A program made the position numbers and the translations under genes. A DNA stretch of 64,000 bases from Laetmonice hystrix (lineage: Eukaryota), in the NCBI GenBank assembly GCA_965235115.1, contig OZ249436.1, forward strand, positions 20,462,001 to 20,526,000, given 5' to 3'. The notes beneath the pieces are model-generated. The model did not search any database. It had not been told where the DNA came from and worked only from the letters and a program-made list of their open reading frames with translations. The number at the start of each line of letters is the position of its first letter. Position 1 is the stretch's first letter. Below are positions 1 through 11,205 of the stretch, in pieces.

Positions 1-391
1 GTAAAGAGTGAAATTCCGCCATTAAATCTAAAATCGTATGTCAGTCGCAATGATAATCGCCTTAGAGGAGGCCACGAGAAAGGGGACCATTTCGTTATAC
101 TACTAACAGCGACAACGCGCTGATATTTCAAACGCCAGAGCTCAAGATGTCATCGTAAATTTAAAGAGCGAATATCGCGTTCTTTCACGCCCATTCGCAA
201 GCAAATTTATTATCTCATTTTTACTGTCTTTGTGTACACGAGTTACTCAGTTTATTTGGTCATTACGGTTTTTCTTAACTAGGAAGTTTTTTAAGATATA
301 CTTTCAAGAACATGAAGATGTAGTCAGTCTAGTTGAGTACATTCACATACAGAGTACACAGCCGACGTCCTCTCCATGGATTCAGAAAGCC

Positions 392-3300
392 TCAGTTGAC
401 GGGTAAGGTTATAGTCCCCCGGAGAACGATGACCGCCTGCCCACTCACGTCCACCCTGCCATCATTGGTCAGTCGGACTCGGAGGTCTCCACCCCGCGCC
501 GAACACTGGCGGCCTTCAAAGGGAGTCAAAGCAAACACACGTCCATCACTTGGTCAGCGAGTAAACTCCACCAAGCGGGGCGACCGGGAAAGACGAAGAC
601 AAGAAAGAGAGGAGAAAGAAAACTAAAGGTCTTCTTAGAACTGCAATAACAGGCACTGAACTGTTTTTATGTGAAGTCGTTTTAGTGATTTATTTAGAAA
701 AGATGGGGGCCTTTCGTAAGATAGAACTTACCATATAATTTATTCTTGTTCAGCTCTTTTGACCAATATCCACCAAGGACTGTATGTGCCGAACCTAACA
801 ACCAACGTTAGATGATACAACACATTCATAGAGTGACATTCCTAAATCTATTGGCGTTGTAATACTAATCTATCATTACTAGTCAATATGTTCTCAAATA
901 TTTCTTCATTCATTATTTGTACACCTAAAGTTATTTTTCTTTCTTCTCGACAACTAAGCTGAACTAGTCTACTTTAGGATATTTTGCACTCTGTAAAGTT
1001 AAGGTTCGTTCTTGCAAGAAGATTATCCTTGGGCTAACTTGCGTCAAGAGTGGTGCATGGAGGAGTAGGAAAAGCAGGTCTATAGCAAGTTTGTTGTTCA
1101 TAGAGTGACACCTACCGGTGACGGGATCCTCAGCTATGCCGACCCAGGGCCCAAAGTAACGCGACAGGAAGTCATACTGCTCGCCATTGTGGTCCGTACC
1201 TCCAGTTTCCTCCTCAGCCTTCACAGTCACTATAACCCCTTTCACTTGACCAGTGTGAGAACACGTAACAAACTTGTCGATCTCTGGTCTCATTGACTCA
1301 AGGTCCTTTCTGCCAAAGGGAAAACAGTATAAAAAAGAAAGGTATAGTCTTGTCTAACCTGACGCTCGGCACACAGGGTGTGTATCATGCCTCGATAAAG
1401 ACGATGTACTGTCCCCACAGGGAACTAGGGGAGACCCCCTATATCCCAATCTAATGCTATATGCTTGGTAGACGCACATAGATGCTATTCAGTGACGTTT
1501 TCTCTATAAGGTACTTCCGATTGATCAAAACATGGAATAATTAATAGGCCTATACTACAAGTAATTAGGCCTAATATAGGCCTACTAACCCTAACCTTAT
1601 AAACTTACTATAAAAGGCTTTAATTTTGATTGGTACCACCCTGTAGTTGTTAACTGCCTGAAGTATTCCGACATTGATCATTTCCCAGATATATAGGCCT
1701 ACACCCTCGGGAATACCTGTTCTGTAATATCATGAATGATTATCATGGCGGGTTTTAGTTTGTCCTTGTCCTACCTGTGTGTCCCATCCGTCAGTCTGAC
1801 CAACAGTTTGCCGGTAGATGGCGACAATTGGACATCCTGAATGGTTCGGTCGCCAGCCACAGCCTGCCAATAAAACATGAAGAAAGATGGAATTTAAAAC
1901 ATATTTATAAGCACCGACTGCAATAAACTTTGCCTATATTTCAAATGGGACACTTCAAAAACGTCAGGCCTATACTCCACATATGTAATTAAGCACAACA
2001 AACAAACGTTTCTGTAAATAATAGGCCTGAAGGTGGCAAGGTCTAATTAATTCATTACAACTGGGCATGATATTGACTTCGAAACATTAAGTCACAGGTC
2101 TAAATACGTTAATCTATTATTTTTAAATTTCTTGAATGCTTTTACCAGAGTAAATGATTAGGCAAAGCAAAAAATGGCTCTATCGTTTTGCACACATTAT
2201 TACCTTTAGCAGTTCCGTCAGTTCGTTCGTGTTCTGAAATGAAACGATATGAAACAATCTGAGATGGTTTTTGAGGTGTGTTCAAATCAATATACTCATA
2301 TAGGCGTGGGAACCGGGGACAAGCCCCCCCCCCCCCCCCCACGTTAATGTGTGTGTGTATGGTGGTGGGGCAATAGTATCATAGACCCCCACCCCACCCC
2401 ACCCCCCACCCACCATTATTTGCCAGTTACTTTTGTAGTCTGTGTTCTCATAGGCGTGAGAATCTGGGGGGGGGGGTAAGGGGGCATTTCCCCCCAACTT
2501 TATGTTGGGGGTGGGGGTGGGTGGGGGGCAATAGTATAGTGCCGCCCCCCCCCCCCCCCATTATTTGCCAGTTAGGCCTATATTTTAATAACAGAGATAT
2601 GCCACTGTCGGGAGACCAAAAATCAGGAAAAGGAAAGTGACACTTAGCTTTGGGCCACAGAGGCCTCTGGATGCTAAAGGCTACAGAGGCCTCTTACTTC
2701 AGTGACAGTGTCAGTGGTGTATTCAGACTGACTCCCCCCTCCCCCCTCCCCATTAAATTCCATCTTTCTTCATGTTTTATTGGCAGGCTGTGGCTGGCGA
2801 CCGAACCATTCAGGATGTCCTATTGTCGCCATCTACCGGGAAACTGTTGGTCAGGCTGACGGATGGGATGCATGATATTGTCTTCGTTTTTTCCTTTTTA
2901 GGGGACATATTTAGCTTATTTTGGATTCCTAGGGATTCCAAGCATCACTATATTATGATGGCAGCAGGAACGGGACAAAATTTGCCTGTTGATGCATATT
3001 TGATGAAGGCACTGCAGTGAAAGGGGGTATCTAGGAATTTGGTACACTCTAAAAACAGATTGGTTAACAAAATAACCAATATGGTTGATTAGCCGTATGT
3101 TGGTTGTTTGAACCAAGCACCTTGATACTTTCTGACCAATACAGTGCATTAGCAGCTAACCAATATGTTTGGTTTCAGTTTCAACCAATAAAACTTGGTC
3201 ACTGATCAATCTCGCACACCCAGTCGACGGGCCTCGTGTTCCCTGAACACCCTAGCCTGGTCCCCAGGTCTATATTGACTGCTACGTATATCTGGTAGGC

Positions 3301-4775
3301 AGGGGACCAGGCTATGAACACCCCTCTAGATTCTTTGTTTACTTTCAACAATTTATTTACATAAGAAGTTAATTTTGTGTCTAGAACTCCTTGGTTTCTT
3401 TCGAGAAAAAATAATCCACCGAGGGGTGCTATCAATAAACCCCCTTGCTAACGCTATCTTTTCAATTACATACAGGGGTATTCCACGGGTCATATCCACG
3501 TGTAACCTATTCCACAGGAAATCCATGAGTTTTGCCTGCTGGGTATTAACCAAAATAATGGTTGTGATGACGGTGCATATTGTTTAACAAACGACCAATC
3601 CACATTTGGTTAATAGGGTAACAATATTGGATTGGTTATTTTGACCATAAGATTGATTGGACACATATCCATGCAGAAGATTGGTTGATTTTAACCAGGA
3701 TCCTGGTTGTTTTAACCAATCTGTTTTTAGGGTGTATAAGGGGGGGGGGGTAGAATCTGCTCGTGGGAAGCCGTCATGGTCAATTCAGAAAGTTCTATGG
3801 GGAAAAGAATTGTTGCCAAGGGAGGGTTGCAAACCCAAGACGCCCCACCCTTTGGCCGTCGTCACATGGCCCAAAGTTCCCCCCCCCCCCCCCCAAAAAA
3901 AAAAAAAAAAAAGAGAAGAAAATATGGTTGCCATGCACGCGTAGATCTACTACAAAATGCTTTGCTAAAATTACGTTTCACCTGTGGCCGGGGGTCGTTA
4001 CGGGGCAGGTCCATAGATATGGCGCCGGTTGGTAGTTTGCGGGCGACCAGCGGGCCGCTTGCTGTCTCAAACGTCAGAGTTGATGACGTATTACCAGAGC
4101 AGCCGAAAAGTACGGCAGCAGACGCCAGGGTCGCGTGACCGCACAGCGGGACCTCGGTGACCGGGGTAAACCAACGCAGTTTGAAACGTTCACCTGTCAA
4201 TGATTTTATACAAGTAGAAAAAATTCCCTTATTTTAAGGGGAAATGGCGAGCAAATTTGCCTTAAGTAATTAACTTACCGCTTTTGAATGTGTCGCTATT
4301 TTCAACTGGCCGCAGGAAGGCGGTCTCACTGATATTCATCTCAGCAGCGATTTTTTGCATCAGTTCATCACTTAAGCCCTAAGATCAAGATTAATCAAGA
4401 ACTTCAAAAGCGTTCCACAATGGAAACAAGTTATATAGGCCTATAGAGGCATAGATCTAGGCCGCCCCCTATTCCTATAGACCTCGCCCCTAAGTGGCTG
4501 GTTCGCATAGGACACAATTATTTCAAGAGGTTTTTCATATCTAATCTAACTTTAAAACTCATTTCTCTTAACCTCCAGTAGAGGATTCCTTGCTGTACTG
4601 TTTAATTTGACTTTACACTACCAACCGAACGTACCGATGTCGTGTCGTCCAGACAAACGGCAGCCGGGTTTCCAGCAAACGGTCGATCCGTGAACGCATC
4701 GACTGTGAACAATGGTAGGCCTACATTCCGCATGGGGGCGCTGGCGGCAAAATCGGGGGCCAAACTTGCTGCCAT
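392..4775 (-). CDS. PBLD: Phenazine biosynthesis-like domain protein (PhzF family), 8 exons, ~316 aa
   Basis: Exons (minus): 4775-4635, 4378-4279, 4193-3982, 2233-2204, 1863-1775, 1309-1116, 794-732, 513-392(TGA). All GT-AG, phase-consistent, total 951 nt. Motifs VDAFTDRPFAGNPAAVC, IAAEMNISETAF, LRWFTPVTEVPLCGHATLA, SRYFGPWVGIAEDPVTGSAH, RQCSARGG. Start ATG in AAGATGGC context; the upstream in-frame ATG at 4859 is less likely. Confidence 0.93.
2753..2868 (+). pseudogene. Inverted duplicate of PBLD exon 5 plus its acceptor/polypyrimidine tract
   Basis: Reverse complement of 1782-1897 with 3 mismatches in 116 bp; lacks the donor end. Confidence 0.9.
3045..3734. mobile_element. Non-autonomous DNA transposon, EnSpm/CACTA-like termini
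   Basis: TIRs CACTCTAAAAACAGATTGGTTAA ... TTAACCAATCTGTTTTTAGGGTG, flanked by TA on both sides; many subterminal AACCAA/TTGGTT motifs. Superfamily assignment is an inference. Confidence 0.75.
3253..3314. mobile_element. 62-bp mini-MITE with 9-bp target-site duplication, nested in the 3045-3734 element
   Basis: TAGCCTGGTCCCC ... GGGGACCAGGCTA flanked by TGAACACCC on both sides (3244-3252, 3315-3323). Confidence 0.75.
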
Positions 4776-6142
4776 CTTCTGTGAATCAATAACACCAGCC
4801 TCTGAAAAATATTTCATCTCACAACCACCCGCGTTCTCCAACAGGACCAGGATGTCCATTACAATTTGTGTATAGGAAGCCCTACGTCTATATATAAGAG
4901 CGGTGCAGACGTGCGATTGGGATATTAAAGCATCATGATTGAAGCATCAGGGCCCAAGTTCTGACGAATTACAAAACTATATAGGCTAGATCTAAGCGCT
5001 CAGATTGTCCCGTGTGAACGTGCGTTGTGCCCATGGATGGACAGCCGTCCCACTAGCCTATAGAAGGAGCCAGTGTAGGCCCTATATCATGCCTACTGAG
5101 GCCTATATAGTCGCTCGCCCATGACCAAAAGACAACTTTTCAAAGTAAATCAAAGAGTCTAAGAATCAGACAATTGATGACCCTACTCCAGAAATAGGCT
5201 CTACTGTAGGCTAGATCACTACAAAATGACATATATCTGCTTCTGTCTTCTATATTGGTATGATTTCGTATAGATCTATCTGACAATATAATGCGGTTAT
5301 AGGCTTGGAGTCTACGGCCTACACGATCATGTAACCTGTGCCTACCTTGACGCTGGATGCGTCCTCCGTATGGGCAGATCGCCTTGGACGAGCAGGGGCT
5401 GGAAAAACTCTATCACATGCAGCCACGCAGGAGGTGGACACACCGCTGTTTCTCAGCCAACCGACCTTGGATATATTAGTAGGCCGAGTCCAAGGACCTA
5501 CTTATTGCTGTGAGGCCACGTGATGAATGTCGGGCCCATTGAATAATGATTCTGATGTCTCAACACAGTCTCAACCTGACACCCTATAATTATTAGGCCT
5601 ACTCGATCTGAAATCATTTATGTCGTCGATCCTGTGTATACTATAGCGCCTGGGCTGGGTCAGTAGGCTAGGCCTACCCCCCCCCCCCCCAATTCGTGAC
5701 AGATTTAAAGGTTGGGATAGAGTGTGCGTACCCTAGGGGCCTAAAATTACCCGCCCCCCCCCCCCGTATAATATTTGGATGTTTCATGCTGTATTATGAA
5801 GCCTCGGCCCCACTTTAGGCCTCTAGGCCTACCTCTTTAGCCTATTCAACGCTGTTTTCAAGAGAACGCTCTGAGAGAAACTGTTTTTCACATTAGGCAG
5901 GCCTAGCAGTCTCAATCACTAAGATTTAATGTTTATTTCTTATGTCTGGTCACTTTTTTACCTTATAATTTCAAGAAAATTAAGTTGAAACACGTGTTGT
6001 TCGGCGATCATGTTAATTAGGCCTAAGTATAGATCATCTACTCGAGCGCCCCGTGGAAATCTTGGTACTATTGGTGTGATAAGCGGCCACAAGGTGGCAG
6101 TGTGATCAGCCATTCGGAACTCCTCGGCTGTGGTTTCAGTAC

Positions 6143-6415
6143 GGCGCGCACCATTTGATGCGGGGGGGGGGGGGCTATGGTTTTTCTTCGTGAGCAAACT
6201 TTTTTTTGGCCCCCAGTCCAAAGCTATCTTCGTTTTCGCTATGACCATTTTCGCTATGACCATTTCTACTATACTATATATATTTTTTTTACATATGGAG
6301 CAAACTATTTTTCTGATGGACAAACTGCGGGGGTATTTGTTTCCTGTGTTTGGTGAACAGATTTTTTTTCAAACAAAAATACCATAGCCCCCCCCCCGTA
6401 TCAAATGGTCCACCC
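6143..6415. mobile_element. MITE, second copy at 56385-56697
   Basis: TIR ACCATTTGAT..GGGGGCTATGG / CCATAGCCCCC..ATCAAATGGT; interior (TTTCCTGTGTTTGGTGAACAGATTTTTTT) shared with 56385-56697. Confidence 0.75.
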
Positions 6416-6494
6416 TTAATGCCCATCTCGCTCTGTGGCTCCAAATAACATGCAAGATGGCCAGGTTCCTCAATATATCATAAAAAAGCTTCAG

Positions 6495-6746
6495 GGCCCG
6501 GTTTTTTTGTTTACTTTTCCACCGTGAGCAAGGGTGAACTGAGCTGAGCAAGGGTGAGCAGAAGCTCATGCTCACTGTTTTCGTTTTTTGGGGTGTTTTT
6601 CCGCGAACTTGCTCATCATGAGCACGCCTCATGGAAAAAAGCAACCAAAAAAAAACATGAAAACGGCGAGAATGAGCTCACACTCACCCTTGCTCAGCTC
6701 AGCTCACCCTTGCTTACGGTGGAAAAGTAAACAAAAAAACCGGGCC
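6495..6746. mobile_element. Harbinger-like MITE (GGCCCGG termini, CAG TSD)
   Basis: Long TIRs GGCCCGGTTTTTTTGTTTACTTTTCCACCGT...ACGGTGGAAAAGTAAACAAAAAAACCGGGCC; CAG on both flanks. Confidence 0.8.
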
Positions 6747-6805
6747 CAGAGATAATGTATTTTCGGATGCTCCTGGTACATCATGAAGCCTCAGTGCCAC
6801 TTACC

Positions 6806-7269
6806 CAGGGGCGGATCCAGCGTTTTCCGTTCGGGGGGGTTCAACGTGTTTAGGGGCAACACAGACGTGACTGTACGAGCGCCGAAGGCGCGAAGTCTGC
6901 AATCGCCGAAGGCGCGAAGCCTCGCTACGGGGGTCCGGGGGCATGCCCCCCCCCCCCACCCGGAAAATTTAGAAATTCAAGGTGTAATTTGTTGCAATCC
7001 GATGCATTTTGGAGCACAAAATAAGCTATTCAATGACCAATGTGACCAAGGGCAAAAGGGCCTCCTCAAGTCCAACAGCAACTTTGGCTATAGCATGAAA
7101 TCATGCCGAGCGTACCCGAGGCAAAAAAAAAATTTAGGTGGTTTTTATCTTGCGACTGAAAAAAAACTTCTAAATTATAATGTTTGAACCCCCTTAAGTT
7201 AAAATGTGTGTAGGCCTATCTGCAAAGTTTTAGGGGGGGTCGACCCCCCCCCCCTTGGATCCGCCAGTG
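6806..7269. mobile_element. MITE with CAGGGGCGGATCC termini and 5-bp TSD
   Basis: CAGGGGCGGATCCA ... TGGATCCGCCAGTG flanked by TTACC/TTACC; related ends near 14450 and at 38747-39245. Confidence 0.8.
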
Positions 7270-10200
7270 TTACCTCATATTCTACAACCAATTACTTCAA
7301 GAGAACGCGTTTTCCTGTATGAAATGAACACATACTTCCAGTCTCATTCATTCAGATTAAGCGTTTATTTATTGTTTCAGGTGGCAAATGGCAAGGACGT
7401 GTGCGCAACTAAAATAGTTGGTGGAAAGAGTCTAACCTGCAGATTTACCTGTAAAATTCATCGTAAAATAGTACTTTCCTCAAAGGGACTAATCCACTAC
7501 AACAACAATTATTGGTGCACTAAAACAGCACATCTAGAAGATACAAAGACTTTTTAACATTTTCTTCCAGCTACAAACGAAGAAATCTGTATAAATCACT
7601 GTTTGTTTAAGTGAAAATTTCTTTCTCCTCACATTTGGAAACAGCAGGAGAAACCAAAGACAGTTACCATTTTGCTGGCAGTGCCTCCCTTCGATCGATC
7701 TAACACCCAATGTTTACGACTGCCACTTTAACCATGGGACACATTCTTGTACGCCTTTATGTAGACTATCACATTATATGGATGTGCACTAGCAGAAATT
7801 GCAGGACTCATTATTGCAACATTCTGGCTAAAAGCCATTAAACTGTACGATTCATCAACTGAGTGCACATGATATACTACACTATAGCTATAGTGCACTA
7901 ATTACCAATGCCAGATTGCAGCTCTGAGAAGTTAATGTACTCTAGAGCACTATAATAAAGTTAACAATATTATGAGAATTACGATACACATTTTATATCC
8001 AGCATGTGTTTCTTTTCTGTCCAGTATGCTGGAAGCATAGGTATGGTTAATACATCGCTTTACCGATTTTGACACAAGTATCACTTACAAGATACTGATT
8101 CACAACATACTGCATACAGCCACTGCATCTAAAGTAAAGCTACATGTACACCTGTAGAACTCACATTACATGATAATAAAAATATGGCCTGACGGTCATA
8201 TACGGGGGGCTCGTACTAAGTATTAAAACGTCACTCTACAAAAGAGCCCATCTTTACAAGGATCACTAGGGTGCAGGCTCACAATAGAGGAATGAAAGTA
8301 TCATTTTATCATTATTGAACAATAAAAGAATTTAAATACTAGGCCTACCATCATTATCAGTTTCAACTCAACGTGATTTCTTTTCCATGTCTTCTTCAAT
8401 TTGTGTATGTACATTTTTATTCCGATTCACTAATAAACATTAATTAAAACCTAAAACCGCCATCCCTTTTAAAGGGAAGGACTTTAGGGACACAATGGTC
8501 TATACTTCTGAATGTCTGCAAGTGAAAAGTACCGTAAAGTCTCTCCAATTAATGTCTCTAATTGAGACGTTAGGTTAACTACTGTTTGGATAAAGTGTAT
8601 ATAATTTTACTGTTGTGCTATACCTAACCTTATCTTTTTTTGTGCATATGTACGGTAATATAATGTTTTTAAACAAAGATGGCACCGCAGGTCAAATCTA
8701 ATAAATAACTAGGAGTTAGATTTCCTTATCTTGGATCACTACATCAAGTGCAATAACCTAACTATGTATACACTACACATCATTCATTGGCAAGAAAGTG
8801 AGTCAATTATCAGTCAACTTAACTAACCTGATTGCGGCAATGAATTCGTCGACAGGGTGATTCCATAAACGTTTGAATTTGGCTGCCCTGATTTTAAAAT
8901 ATATAAAACCTCTTTCCATGCAACAAAGAAAAACATCAGTTTGGGCCAGGAAATCACAGACACAACAAGACTACTAAATACATGTTCCTGCATTGAGTAC
9001 CACGGATTATTAACAACTCAATACATTATGTGACAAGATGGTTCCATGTGAACACCCAATCACGTCATAGTACTCATGTAACTCAACTGACTTTATCTAC
9101 ATGTACCAGTCATGGATAAAAACTACCATCTGTTACACATCATATATTAAATATTCATCATGAATCTATAAGTTCTATGTCTATATATTTCATCTCTTTT
9201 GTATGTCCACATCCATTTTAAAGATTACCGGTACTAACACACAGTACTGGTTCTTGGGAAAAGGTTTGTCCAATGATGAACAGAATATTACTCAGAGAGT
9301 GATTTCAAAATCTACCAAGTACCGTATCTAGAAAAATTCTTCAACTCAAACTAAAATGCAAATTTACATGACCTAATAAAGATGGACTTGTGCCCACGAA
9401 ATGCATTAAAATGGGAATGACTTCAACAACCGTTACCCCTGAGGATCATGTTAAATTTCACGTTTTCTCCTTAAATGACTAGATATATTTATCAGGCCTT
9501 TCTTTCTTTGTTGAATCAAACAGACCAAATTTCCATTAATGATCTCAAGTTTTTTCATTAAGCCTCACCTTCCCTGAATGTACCAGACAACTACTGGGGT
9601 ATTCTTGTTAGTTTAAGTACCAAGTATAGTGTGATACCATAACAACTAGATTTTTTAATAGAATAATGATGCTGCAATGCAGAAGTGCAGGACAGGACTT
9701 TATCTTATCTAACATTAGCCATCTAATCTGGCACTACAGTAAATCTTTCAAAATATACAAACAATAAACCTGTTACATTCGACCACTAGGTCACATTTAT
9801 ACAGATTTAAAAGAAATATTCTGATAATATAAAAAATTAACACAGAACTAATAACAGAAACAAATGCGAACAAAGACATTTCCAAAGGGAAAGTACACTT
9901 AAGCTTTGTTTAGTTTGATGTAAACCTTAAAAATGGAATTTCATTCATCAAATCATACACTATAACACTTTATACACTATAACATGGTTGTTAGAATATT
10001 TCAATGTAGGACTCAACATCTGTGCTAGTCGTACAGCGCTATCCATTAATGCCCTGCAAATATAATCATGCTACACATCCAACTATGGTGGCGATTTTCT
10101 GTGCTAGTACATACAAGCTTCTATACCATTCCCAGTTGTAAAAAATGTATTTATAAATAAATTTATAAAAGGATTCACTTCGGGCATGAGCTACGGGTAC

Positions 10201-11205
10201 GTCTGCAAAAGCCCTTTCAAAAATTCCCTTACATGGGAAAAACATTTAATGATCGACTTTTATAACAATTAACAGCATAATGGTCTTAAGCCCATGCCCT
10301 CAAACATAATGTTCTGAAAAAAGATTCTGCCCAGTACAATGAGTAGCATTATGAATTTGAAAGGTTGCCTTTTAAGAATATCTGCCAGGTCAATACTGAT
10401 TTAGATATAGGCTATTTTTTAACTCATCTTCCTCCTCCTGTACATGAAAATTTGGATCTGGATATTCTGGATAGCACTCTCAAAAGTACTGTTTATAAAA
10501 CAAAAGTTGCTCCTGCTCTCTCCAATTCAATGATAGAAGAATACAGGTACCGATAATTCGCCAACATTGCACTTATTTTTTTTTATATAACAAAAATGAA
10601 GTATAAAATAAAGATCATCAGTGTAAGGGATAAGGGATATTTTCAAGCACTAGGCCTACTCCTACACAATGTCTGCTGCACTTCATAAAAAAAATGTATA
10701 TTACTCGTACTGATCCGGTAATATGATATTTGAGATCTCTCATTCTGGGTACATAAAATACCACTCCATATAAGTGTAACTACTTCTTCCACTCACCTTG
10801 TCACTATTTAGCTTTATACTGGTCTACAGTTTAAAACAATTATAACAAATCATATTAAAAACGAAGTCAACCCCCAATCAGTATACAGCATCAGAAAATG
10901 GCAAGTGTTAGAAAATAATGATTTGGATCCTAATACTTGATTTTAATCTGTATAAAACCAAAATCTCATTATTAATAATCTATTACATCTGAGTTTACTT
11001 GACTTTGTTATTCATTTCGACCTCCAAGCAAATATACACGAGGATATAACTTAAAAGTAGTAAATTATCATACAAGACTTCCTCATTCATTTTTCGAGAC
11101 ATAATTATTTGCATCTTAAAGAGACTTTTTAACTTTGACTAATCTAACCTATAAAATATGTTTTTATTTGCTTTAGTTTCCTTTCCATGCTCTCTATAAT
11201 ACATG

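Noticed and set aside
2282..2570. Extra PBLD exon (DSHAYENTDYK)
   Set aside because: Part of poly-G/poly-C repeat fragments (CATAGGCGTG..); the gene model is complete and in phase without it
392..4775. Bacterial phenazine gene by horizontal transfer
   Set aside because: Eight spliceosomal exons, and PBLD is a normal animal gene
7300..11200. Hidden gene in the AT-rich stretch
   Set aside because: No credible exons; consistent with a long 3' UTR or downstream region of the ITIH-like gene
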